From Eledone cirrhosa (lineage: Eukaryota): a stretch of DNA of 64,000 nucleotides. The stretch is from assembly GCA_964016885.1 (NCBI GenBank), contig OZ024750.1:11904001-11968000 (forward strand), written 5' to 3'. A model generated the notes under the pieces. It saw only the letters and a list, made by a program, of their open reading frames with translations, searched no databases and was not told the origin of the DNA. Below, piece by piece: positions 54,243 through 64,000 of this stretch; within the stretch, counting starts at the first letter, position 1; each line of letters opens with the position of its first letter. Made by a program: the position numbers and the translations under genes.

Positions 54243-54393
54243 CTCTTTTCTCCTACCATTTCAAGTGTTAAACTAATATATTTCTTCAATGTACTGTGTA
54301 ATTTGCTTTGTTATTTCTGTTTACTTTTTACACATATATATATATATGTATATATATTATTTGAATGGAAATATTTTCTTTTTATCTTTCCAG

Positions 54394-54518
54394 TAAATAT
54401 CGATCCTGTAAAGGTGAAGAAGGAAATGTACCAAGCCTTAAAGGATCGGCGAGATGCTCTCATTGAAACACTCAAAAAGAAAAATGAAGAGTTTAAGCAG
54501 CTATGTATTGAAGAGGGG
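54394..54518 (+). CDS. FRMD4: FRMD4-like exon: start of CUPID/DUF3338 coiled coil (VNIDPVKVKKEMYQALKDRRDALIETLKKKNEEFKQLCIEEG)
   Basis: CAG acceptor, GG|GTAATT donor; phase 1 to 0, fits the preceding exon. Resembles FRMD4A KKDMLAALKSRQEALEETL...LKKLCLRE. Confidence 0.93.
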
Positions 54519-54772
54519 GTAATTTGTTATAACTTTTTACATTTAATTTCTCTATCTCTCTTATGATGTAATGTTTTCCTGTCTGTTTAAAACTCAACAT
54601 CAGTATCAGAACTTTATTCCATCTTTATGTTAGTGTAATATCCTCTCCTGGCAGTTATTTTGACAAGTTGCTTCATAATCTAATATATTTCACATAACCA
54701 GGATACTAAAGACTTCCATGACTGCTTATCTTTCTAAATAACACTTTATTTTATTTTCCAAATAATCAAATA

Positions 54773-54850
<78 letters not shown>

Positions 54851-54869
54851 CACACATACATACGTATGT

Positions 54870-55127
54870 GATGGACTCACCCGTCAATATCTGACATACG
54901 AGTGTCCAACAAAAGTTCAACTCTCTGGATGGCGGTGTCTCATGTGACATTTCAATCCCGTAAAAGACCAGCGGAAATGTGAGAAAGTGAACTGATGTCG
55001 AACTATCCACACAAAGTTTTGTTTTAAGTGGTGAAGGCTTGTGTAGGACCAGCCATGCTTTTTGGAACTGACAACACATATCTTCGGTGCAAATGTTTGC
55101 CATGGAAAATACGATGACAGCCCTCAC
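54870..55127 (-). mobile_element. Degenerate RTE-like reverse transcriptase fragment
   Basis: Peptide ..LKTKLCV...LVFYGIEM..ELNFCWTLVCQIL loosely follows the RTE ORF C-terminal LKTKL..LLYGxExW...LxxF...CLRxIL pattern. Confidence 0.45.
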
Positions 55128-55282
55128 AAAAAAAAATATATATATATATGCAGAGGTTATATTTAATTTGTTGGGATTCAACAAGCTTAAAAATTGTTAT
55201 AACTGACATAAAGCAGAAGCTCCAACCGTTAAGGTTGTCTTTTTTTCCGGGTATGTCAATATTTATTTATAAAACAAATCTG

Positions 55283-55348
55283 TATTTTATCTGATGAAAG
55301 TACACCATAATTTGCCTTGGTTGCCCTTGAAATATGTATAATAAAATA
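55283..55348 (+). ncRNA. Minimal type I hammerhead ribozyme motif
   Basis: TATTTTAT-CTGATGA-AAG...CTT-GAAA-TATGTA-TA-ATAAAATA: 8-bp helix I, intact core, AUA triplet. Confidence 0.75.
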
Positions 55349-55405
55349 AATATGGTTTTATAAATATAGTTTCCATTTATTAATATATTGTATATATATA
55401 TATAT

Positions 55406-55865
55406 ACGATATTAAATAAATGGAAACTATATTTATAAAACCATATTTATTTCATTATATATATTTCAGGGATATCATATTAAAAATATGTTATGCCTTC
55501 TTCAGACAAAATACAATATAAACAGTCTTATAAATAGATAGATTTGACATACCTTACAACTTCAACTTCCATTTAAAAAGTTGATTTGGTAGTCTAAATC
55601 AACTTTTTAAATGGAAGTTGAAGTTGAAAGGTATGTCAAATCTATCTATTTATAAGACTGTTTATATTGTATTTTGTCTGAAGAAGGCATAACATATTTT
55701 TAATATGATATCCCTGAAATATATATAATGAAATAAATATGGTTTTATAAATATAGTTTCCATTTATTTAATATCGTAAATATACTCCAAATACTTGTTG
55801 AGTGCTTTTATATCAGTTATAAATATTTACTCGTTGTAACCCAACAATTTAAATAAAACTTTGCA
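55406..55865 (+). mobile_element. Foldback element (arms 55406-55587 and 55596-55777) with 3' extension, Penelope-like inverted pLTR
   Basis: About 182-bp nearly perfect inverted repeat, 8-nt loop, (TA)n on both sides, hammerhead in the right arm. Confidence 0.8.
55670..55735 (+). ncRNA. Minimal type I hammerhead ribozyme motif (same family as 55283)
   Basis: TATTTTGT-CTGAAGA-AGG...CCT-GAAA-TATATA-TA-ATGAAATA: helix I of 8 bp with two G-U pairs, palindromic helix III. Confidence 0.72.
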
Positions 55866-56008
55866 TATATATATATATATATATTTTTTAAATCCTGTTA
55901 ATTAAAAAAGTTCTATCTTCTCATTAGCTGATTGATTTATTTTGCAATTTTCATGATAGCTTGAAATGAATTTCAGAATCCTTCAGAAAGTGTTTGTTAT
56001 ATTTGTAG

Positions 56009-56134
56009 GAACTTATCGGTCATCTTCCGAAAGACACTCCGATGGCACCTGGTGAACAGCCACCTACGATCCGGCGGAGAGTTAGAACTGCCTTTAGTCT
56101 CTCCTCGAAGTTTGTACCAAAAGATGGGGATAAT
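56009..56134 (+). CDS. FRMD4: FRMD4-like exon: CUPID core (ELIGHLPKDTPMAPGEQPPTIRRRVRTAFSLSSKFVPKDGDN)
   Basis: TAG acceptor, GTAAGT donor, phase 0/0. Matches the CUPID signature ELTGKLPxEYPLxPGEEPPxVRRRIGTAF. Too short for the ORF track. Confidence 0.94.
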
Positions 56135-56469
56135 GTAAGTTATCAACGCCTGTCATAGATGATGATATATTTTTATTTATTTGTATCCAGCTGTTGAAAA
56201 TCTACCAAATCTACCAAGGGTTGGGAGGACCCTTCAGTTGTGTCAGAGACATGACAAGCTCTCCTGTGGGAGGATTCTTCAGTTGTGTCAGAGACATGAC
56301 AAGCTCTCCTGTGCACGTGGTAGAACGGGAGACCATACATAAGTAAGACACAGATCCCTAGCTTGTCTGGAAGATCAGTAGCCCCACTACAGTACTGACT
56401 TGGTCAATGTAGACCCATCCAACATTTGTTAGCAAGGAAAACAAACATTAAAATGACGATGATGATGAT

Positions 56470-56735
56470 ATATCATCATCATCATCATCACCGTTTTACG
56501 TCCGTTCTTCCACGCTAGCATGGGTTAGACGGGTTGTCCTGTTGTGTGCAGTGTCTGGTCGGCTGACCATGCCTTGCTCATACAGGAACTGATCTGGCTT
56601 GATTTCTACAGCTGGATGCCCTTCCTAACACCAACCTCATTTACAGTGAGTGCTGGGTGCTTTTTCGTGGCGCCTACACGTCCACTTTACAGTGTGGGCT
56701 GGGTGCTTTTTTGCCGTGGCACCTCCACGACCACC
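56470..56735 (-). mobile_element. Interspersed repeat with (GAT)n tail, probably RTE-LINE-tail-derived; copies at about 1250-1448, 9660-10040, 16620-16785, 23650-23870, 43309-43520, 44795-45170, 46920-47088, 63400-63720
   Basis: Shared motifs catcatc..tttaacgtcc..ttccacgctagcatgggttagacg and tttctacagctggatgcccttcctaacacca. Confidence 0.7.
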
Positions 56736-57182
56736 TTGGGGTGTGGGGGCATATTGTTTATATGCTTCAGCATGTACCCATGGGAGGTCGGGTACTCTGT
56801 ATTACTGCGGGACGCCAGAAGTCACGGTCGTTTGAGATATATATATATATAATTATTTTACATCAACTTTTCCATATGTAAATTTATAGAAAGCATGGAA
56901 AAACATAGAAATAATTGTTTCTACTTTAGGCACAAGGCCAGTAATTACCCCAGTGCATTACTGGTACTTTATTTTATCGACGCCGTAAGGTTGAAAGGCA
57001 AGTTAACCTCAGCGGGATTTGAACTCAGAAAGTAAAGGGTCATAACTCAATGCTGCAAAGCATGTTGTCTGATACTCTACCGATACTATGCAAATAAATG
57101 ATGAGAGAGATGAGAGAAAATTGAATAAACTTAATGACCTTCAATGATTTTCATGTTTTTTTTTAAATTTTTTTTATTGTAG

Positions 57183-57329
57183 ATGGAAAATGAATTATCC
57201 TGCTTGGAACTTGAGTATGAGCTGCAGAGTAAGATCACAAGTGCAGCAAATAAACTGGCACATGATCCATCTGTTAGTAAACAAGTACGAAAACAAAGAA
57301 AACAATCCTACCAGAAGGCTGAAACTAAG
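57183..57329 (+). CDS. FRMD4: FRMD4-like exon: CUPID coiled coil (MENELSCLELEYELQSKITSAANKLAHDPSVSKQVRKQRKQSYQKAETK)
   Basis: TAG acceptor, AAG|GTGAGA donor, phase 0/0. Resembles [36 protein letters not shown]. Confidence 0.94.
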
Positions 57330-57385
57330 GTGAGAGAGATAGAGGATTTCAGTTTATTTTGTATGTGTGCATGTATATATGTATA

Positions 57386-57571
57386 TATATTAAATTAAAA
57401 GTACGATGACACATATATATATATATATATATATAATAAAGACATCAAACAATTACAGAGGATAATTTGTAAAGAGTGTAAACACACAGTTACGGAGGTA
57501 ACATTAAAAATTAACAAGAACTTTGAACCTTGAATATAGATACCTTGCAATATATTGTTTTATGTGTTTAT

Positions 57572-57602
<31 letters not shown>

Positions 57603-57732
57603 GTGTCATCCTACTTTTAATTTAATATAAATGCTCGGATTTACTACTTGGAATTTTTGAGCTTATTCCACAGGTGGTATGGTGCATGATTCTGATATTC
57701 TCAGACATGACATCCTTAATCTAATTTTGGTA

Positions 57733-57735
<3 letters not shown>
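57386..57735. mobile_element. Foldback element (arms about 57386-57453 and 57554-57629)
   Basis: Inverted arms that each contain an internal (TA)n; 3' extension to the next (TA)n. Confidence 0.6.
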
Positions 57736-57774
<39 letters not shown>

Positions 57775-57777
<3 letters not shown>

Positions 57778-58030
57778 GAATTCGAAGTGTGAAAGTTATG
57801 ATGATGTAGGTTTGGATGGAGAATAATTAAATCATAAGAAACAGGGCTTGTTTTTTTTTTTACCTTAATTTATTCATATGTAGGACATGTGAATAAATTA
57901 ACATAAAAAAACAAGCCCTGTTTCTTACGATTTTATTATTCTCTGTCCAAACCCACATTGTCGTGGCTTTCGATCTTTGAATTCTTTATACCATATACAA
58001 TGCTTCAAGTAAACTACAAATTCTTTCTTT
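57775..58030. mobile_element. Older, diverged foldback element (arms 57775-57881 and 57885-57987)
   Basis: About 105-bp imperfect inverted repeat between (TA)n tracts. Confidence 0.7.
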
Positions 58031-58102
58031 TATATATATTTATATATATATATATATAATATGTATGTGTGTTTTATAATTATTTTCAAAAATTCTTTCC
58101 AG

Positions 58103-58184
58103 TTAAAAGAAATGGAGAAGAAATTGAATGAAATGAGAAAGAAAGCTGGTCATTCCACTCTAAAAGTTAGTCCTGTATACCAAG
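58103..58184 (+). CDS. FRMD4: FRMD4-like exon: end of coiled coil (LKEMEKKLNEMRKKAGHSTLKVSPVYQ)
   Basis: CAG acceptor, AAG|GTGAGT donor, phase 0 to 1. Resembles LQEIENAINENRIKSG. Confidence 0.9.
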
Positions 58185-58402
58185 GTGAGTGCCAAGTTTT
58201 TACTAGAAATGTTCAACTGTTCACATGATCAGTGGACAAATACTTACCGTTTCTTGTTTCATTTACTCATAATTAAATCATTTAGTGAACTTCATGTAAA
58301 ATGTTATTTTTTAATGTTAGTTTTTAAGATAACACAATATATGAAAGAAGTTCAAACCACTTTACCAATATCATATTTCAATCAGATTCTGTTGGACTTT
58401 AA

Positions 58403-58615
58403 CCCTTTAACATTTAAACCGGCCATATCCGGCGAGAATTTTCTCGCTTCTTCCTGTTTAAACCAGCCATAACTGGTTGCTCATACTAATGTTATGGTAT
58501 TGTTCTCAAAATAAATATCAAAATCTCATAGATTCGTCGATATTATGTGAGATAAAGCCTTTACCATGAAAATATGATAGTATAGTATATATAGGGTAAT
58601 GTAAATACTAAAGGG
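58403..58615. mobile_element. piggyBac-like MITE
   Basis: TTAA TSDs at 58399 and 58616; CCCTTTA / TAAAGGG TIRs. Confidence 0.8.
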
Positions 58616-58713
58616 TTAAAGGATTCAGTACCTGTTTGTGTTGTAGCAACATTGAAAATTAAATCATTCTTCATTTGTATAATTTTGTAAAGTGAAAGAG
58701 TATTTTTTTTTAA

Positions 58714-58891
58714 CCCTTTAGCATGTATCTGGCCAGAATTCTCTCATCTCTTTCTATTCAAACCAGCTGTAACCAGCCACTCATACTGATGTTATGGTAT
58801 TGTTCTCAAAATAAATAATATCAAAATCTCATAGATTCAATATTATGTGAAAATACAATAGCATATATAGAGTAATGTAAATGCTAAAGGG
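58714..58891. mobile_element. piggyBac-like MITE (internally deleted)
   Basis: TTAA TSDs at 58710 and 58892; CCCTTTAGCAT / ATGCTAAAGGG TIRs. Confidence 0.8.
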
Positions 58892-58961
58892 TTAAGTCAT
58901 ATAAATATTCTTAATAATTATTAATAATTCATTTGTTTTATTCCTATCACTGCATCCTTAG

Positions 58962-58997
58962 AACCAAGTGAGGACAGTCTTGGACCTACTGATAGTG
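58962..58997 (+). CDS. FRMD4: FRMD4-like 36-nt microexon (EPSEDSLGPTDS)
   Basis: TAG acceptor, TG|GTCAGT donor, symmetric phase 1/1, open frame. SEDS resembles the FRMD4A SEDSS motif at the equivalent position. Confidence 0.65.
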
Positions 58998-59682
58998 GTC
59001 AGTATTTGAAAGTTCTAAATGCAAATGTTATCTTTTCCTCTTTTAATTTCACTTCTTTAGAATCTAGACATCTGCATCATATATTCTATTTTCTGCTTTA
59101 TCATTGTTACAAGATTACAAGAGCAGTTATTCTTTGGAATCGGCTTGCTATATGGCATTCTTGTCTTCACTCCATCTCTCTCTATTTCCATCTCTCTCTC
59201 TCTCTCTCTCACACATATGTTTTTAATTTTCCATCTCTTTAATTCTTCCTATGTATTCTCTCTTATATAGTTCACAGTTTAGACTAAACTCCAATTGTTT
59301 TAACCACCACCTATCTATCTCTCTCATCATTGAAAGAAAATCAGGAATTTGGAGGGATTTAGTAATATAACTTTCTAATTATTAAGCTGGTGTTTGGAAC
59401 ATAACATAACAAAGGTTCTTGCATAAAGTTATGATGGAAGATTTTGTTATGTCAATATGATAAAACATTTTCAACCTTATCACAAGTATTGCACATTCTA
59501 TTGTTTACTTCAATCAATTTAAATATATTTACATATCCACTCTCCTTTCACTGAGTGGATGGTGTTAAATATCCTCACCAACAACTCAAGGATGTCTTTA
59601 AATTTGCAAAACCATCCAACCCTCAATAGCAAAAATAATAATTATCCTAGATAGATAGATAAACTATTGGTAAGGTGTATAG

Positions 59683-59824
59683 CAGACATGGGGCAACCTT
59701 TTCCGAGCAGTGAGCCACATAGGATGTAGCTCATCATAACGCAGGCCACACTACTAAAAACTTGAATTTTGAAATAAGGCATCCCATTCAGAAAGCCAAA
59801 TGGGCCGCAGTTTGCCCATGACTG
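59683..59824. mobile_element. hAT-type MITE, same family as 6967-7130, opposite orientation
   Basis: TIRs CAGACATGGGGCAA / TTGCCCATGACTG; TSD GTGTATAG / GTTTATAG (7 of 8). Confidence 0.78.
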
Positions 59825-60597
59825 GTTTATAGTGTCCCTATTTCAATAACTATCCCTTTCTACTATATTTCTTCTCATTAAGATACAGAAATGTAATAAT
59901 ATCTACGCATCATTTAGTATAATCTTTAATGTCTTCAACCTTCCTGTTGCATGCTATCTTTGGTGTCTAGAGATTGCTTTTCATATTGTCATTTTTAATT
60001 TCTAAAAATATTGACATTATTTTTCTGTTGTTGTTGTCTTTATAATCATAGATTCTCATTATGCTAACCCTGATCTCTAATCTCTGATCTCTAATCTCTG
60101 ATCCCAGATCTCTCATCTCTGATCCCAGATCTCACATCCTTCATCCCTGATCTCTGATCTCTTCAAAACTCTTAATGTTCTTTATTTCTGTTTTGCATTC
60201 TTTATAATTTAATTTCTTTTCTCTAGCTTCTTAATTCATTTTATTTCTGTCTTGTGCTGTTGATGATATTTCATTTCAGTAAATCTTTGTTTGTTTCAAG
60301 CAAACTTAAATATACTGTCTGATGAACACACAAAATCTTGATTGAGTACATGGTACTATGATAGAGTATATGTTACTATGAATATATGGTACTATGATTT
60401 CCAAGATTACAATTAAGTTTTTTTCCTGTGTCAAAATTTTTGTTGTTGACATTTCTAAAAATGAAATAAAATAGGAAGAAGATATCTTAAGTTTCAATGC
60501 TATCTAAGTTATTTTACTCAAACATTGTACAGAAGCTTCAGTATTTCAGTCGTGTTTAATATCATATTCAAAACACTCCTTATAAACTACTCATGAA

Positions 60598-60936
60598 GGC
60601 TCATGACTTAGTAGTTAGTGTGTTGGGCTTGCAATCGAGAGGTTGTGAGATTGAGTCTTGGACCAGGTGATGTGTTGTGTCCTTGAGTAAGACAGTTAAT
60701 TTCATGTTGCTCCAGTTCACTCAGCTGTAGAAATGAGTTGCGACATCACGGGTGCCAAGCTGTATTGGCCATAGCCTTTCCCTTGGACAACATCAGTGAC
60801 ATGGAAAAGGGAGACTGATATGCATGGGCGACTGCTGGTCTTCCACAAACCACCTTGCCCTGACTTGTGCCCTCAAAGAGGAACTTTCTACGTACAAATC
60901 CCATGATCATTCATGACCGAAAGGGGTCTTTTTACC
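60598..60936 (+). mobile_element. tRNA-derived SINE, second family; inverted copy 6645-7152, partial copies 13080-13210 and 28954-29080
   Basis: tRNA-like head, then gtgtccttgagyaagacac..tttcatgttgctccagtt core; collinear with the reverse complement of 6645-7152 once the MITE is removed. Confidence 0.78.
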
Positions 60937-61055
60937 TTATATCTACTAATATAGCAGTTTCTAATTCTATTTGACAAAACTGAAAGGAAAAATATTTTTT
61001 TAAATGTTCTTAATTTAATCAATAAAACATAAAAATGTATTTTGATTTATTTCAG

Positions 61056-61135
61056 AACCAGAGATGATCTCACCAGTTCCATCTCCTCTTCCTCATTCTA
61101 AACGAGACTGTTCTCACGTGGCTTTCACAAACAAT
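61056..61135 (+). CDS. FRMD4: FRMD4-like exon: Pro/Ser-rich region (EPEMISPVPSPLPHSKRDCSHVAFTNN)
   Basis: TTTCAG acceptor in phase 1; GTAACT donor in phase 0. An alternative in-phase GT after 61117 makes the 3' end uncertain. Confidence 0.7.
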
Positions 61136-62077
61136 GTAACTATACTCTCTTATCTGTGTATCTGTGTGTGCCTGCATGTAAGTAAGTATGTATGTATGTA
61201 TATATGTATGTATGTATATGTGCATGTATGTTTGTGTGTACATGTATGCAAATGTGTGTGAATATGTATATATGCATGCATGTGTGTATGCATCTATCAT
61301 CATTAAATGTCCGTATATGCTTAGTTTATTTAGAATTGTGAACTCTTAAAGTAAACCTATCAAAGACAAATATATTTAGTTAACATGAAAGAAGACAGGA
61401 CTCTATCTACTGTCAACCAGAAAGTAGCCAAGCTTCAGATGCAGAAAATGAATATATAGGAATATATATGGTGTACCCAGTGTAACTTTTATACACATGA
61501 ACCAAGATTTATTTAGCCACAAAACTCTCCATCTATCAAGTGCTCATTTGGACTCGCTTTTTATTTGGCCGTGAGACGTGGTCAATGAGAGTGACTGACG
61601 AAACCTGTCTACCCTATAGTATCTCTGTTCAGTCACCAACCATTTTACAGAGTGTACTGGGTGCATTTTATTATGGCATCATTCCTACTCCATTAGAGTG
61701 TACTGAGAATTTTATCATGACCTCAGTACTAGAAAGGCTATCATATGCTTGGTCAAACTGGGTTATCTCTACTCTGTATTGTCTCCGTTTAATTGCCTTT
61801 TTACAGAGTGTACTCGGTGTATTTTATCATGGCACCAACACTGAGAGAGGTTGTCAGCTACTCAACAGGTTCAGAAGGTCCTCTCTACTCTATACTATCT
61901 CAGTATTTATTGAGGAGGGTTCCCAGTGTCCCAGTGCATTCCATTATGACACGTGGGGTTGTCCGTGTCACCCTTGCTTAAAAGGACCTCTATTCATAAC
62001 CTCTGATATTTCACCACATTGCAGTGTATGTACATTGGTGTATGATTGCTATCTTTTATGTCTCTTTTCCATTCTAG

Positions 62078-62190
62078 ATGGAAATAATTCAAGACAATCC
62101 TATATATGACCATATAGTTCCTGATGAAGAAATGAGTTCTTGTCTTCCTCCTGGCTCACCATCATCTCATTTAAGTCCCTCACACAGCAG
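62078..62190 (+). CDS. FRMD4: FRMD4-like exon: Pro/Ser-rich region (MEIIQDNPIYDHIVPDEEMSSCLPPGSPSSHLSPSHS)
   Basis: Pyrimidine tract + TAG, CAG|GTAAGC donor, phase 0 to 2, open frame consistent with the previous exon. Confidence 0.78.
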
Positions 62191-62884
62191 GTAAGCACAG
62201 TTCTGATTCATCTTTAAACTTTAAACTATTTACATGTTGCTAGTTTGCACAACTAGTGTACTGTGCTGCCAATTATATTTCTTCCTTTAAATTTTTAAGA
62301 CTAACATTTTTTCCCCCCTAGAAGAAAATAATTTTTGCTTATATTTTTTCTTATAAGTTCCGAAATACATTTGACTTCATATAGAGTAGAGCTGGAATAA
62401 CTTTATAATGCTTTATATCAAAAGAATAAAAATAATTCTTAGTTGAATAATTGCTAGAAGAAACTTTGTGTTTATAAAGCTTAAGAAATACCTCGATAGT
62501 ATCTTCATAACAATTTATTTTATTTGTGATTTTTATGAATGGCTTTCCTATGTCATTAATAAAGATCTCAAATTATCATAAATTATCATAAATTATGATA
62601 ATTTGGAATTCAAATTCATTCTTTATCAAATTTAGGTTGTTCTAGGTAAAATTCCAACAGTATTTATATAGTATCTTACTTAGTTCTATTTTCATAAATA
62701 ATGTGGTGATATTTATAATTTGTTTCAATAGTCTTTATAGTTCTCTGCCAACAAATCAGCTGCTATTTGGCTGCTTCACCTGCCAGAAATATCATCTAAA
62801 TATCTTCCAAATTTTACCTAATTATTTCAACAGGGAAAGGACACATTTGATAAAGAACCTCACACACACTGTCTTTAAAGAAAA

Positions 62885-63215
62885 CATGGGATGGTCATAG
62901 CTTGGGCAGTTTTGACCATGTCTGCTACATCAGATGGTCATAGCTTTACACCTTTGGTTGTTGTCTGTTACATGGGATTATCATAGCTTAACCATGTCTG
63001 CTACATTGAATGGTCGTAGTTTGACCACACCATTGATCATGTCTTGCCTGCTACATCTGATGGTCATAGTTTGACCACACCTTTGACCATGTCTGCTACA
63101 TGGGATGGTCGTAGTTTGACCATGTCTGCTACATGGGATGGTCGTAGTTTGACCATGCCTGCTACATGTGATGGTCATAGTTTGACCACACCTTTGATCA
63201 TGTCATGCCTGCTAT
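62885..63215. repeat. Degenerate tandem repeat of about 33 bp
   Basis: tttgaccatgtctgctacatgggatggtcgtag variants. Confidence 0.8.
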
Positions 63216-63519
63216 ATCGGAGCTGAACTGGGAATAAACAACAATCATCTCCATGTCATATAACAATTCTCCAAATTACTTCTTAGAATATAAAGTCCAT
63301 ATTTCTCTTTTAATAAGTCATATTTTTTTCTAGTTGTCACCAGAATACATTTGTAAAAATCACCATTATCTTCATTATCATTTCATGTTCAGTTTCTATA
63401 TAGGCATGGGTTGGATGGGTTGTCACATCTTGCTCATACATTTTATTTTTAGCATGATTTCTACAGCTGGATGTCCTTAATATCAACCACTTTACAGAGT
63501 GAAGTGGTTGTAGATGTTA

Positions 63520-63720
63520 TGGCACCAGCACTACTTTACAGAGTGTACTGGGTGTATTTTATCATGGTACCAGCACTATTACTTTTCAGAGTGTACTGGG
63601 TGTATTTTATCATGGTACCAACACTACTACTTTACAGAGTGTACTGGATGTATTTCATCATGGTACCAGCACTATTACTTTACAGTGTACTGGGTGTATT
63701 TTATCATGACACCAGTACTG
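63520..63720. repeat. About 48-bp tandem repeat inside a (GAT)-tailed element
   Basis: tttacagagtgtactgggtgtattttatcatggtaccagcactattac, 4 copies. Confidence 0.8.
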
Positions 63721-64000
63721 CCATGTTACAGGTAAAGCATCAACGAAGAAACACTCTTACTAGCAAAATGAAGATATTTTCTGGGGATATTGTTATGGCT
63801 AAGTTACAGTCTCTTATTATTATATCAAAGACTTTTTTTTCTCTCAGATAACATCATTGAAATATATCATAATTATAGCAATAAGAGGGAAATTTCTCTG
63901 TGCATTATTTCTATGAAATTCATATAAAATATAATTTTTGAGATAGAATCAAAGAAAGGAACCATTACTAATCTCATTTATTAGATTCCTTACCTGGCTT

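Overview
AT-rich, repeat-dense eukaryotic genomic DNA. The SINE, MITE and microsatellite landscape looks like a coleoid cephalopod, probably octopus (inferred from repeat families, not verified). The window lies inside one + strand, multi-exon gene, an FRMD4A/B (GRSP1)-like protein. Nine exons with mutually consistent splice phases (15901-62190) encode the end of the FERM C-lobe, a Ser-rich linker, the CUPID/DUF3338 cytohesin-binding coiled coil and a Pro/Ser-rich tail; both ends of the gene are outside the window. The long ORFs in the supplied track are almost all artefacts of tandem repeats. Two things stand out. (1) About ten foldback (inverted-repeat) elements sit in or next to (TA)n tracts with Penelope-like pLTR architecture, and several carry minimal hammerhead ribozyme motifs on the sense strand of the pre-mRNA, including a sense/antisense/sense cluster at 55283-55777 and a compensatory U3-A8 core variant at 24649-24686. 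(2) A candidate internal first exon at 31169-31187 in the 35-kb intron would yield a FERM-less, CUPID-first isoform. All alignments were made by eye, and repeat boundaries are approximate.
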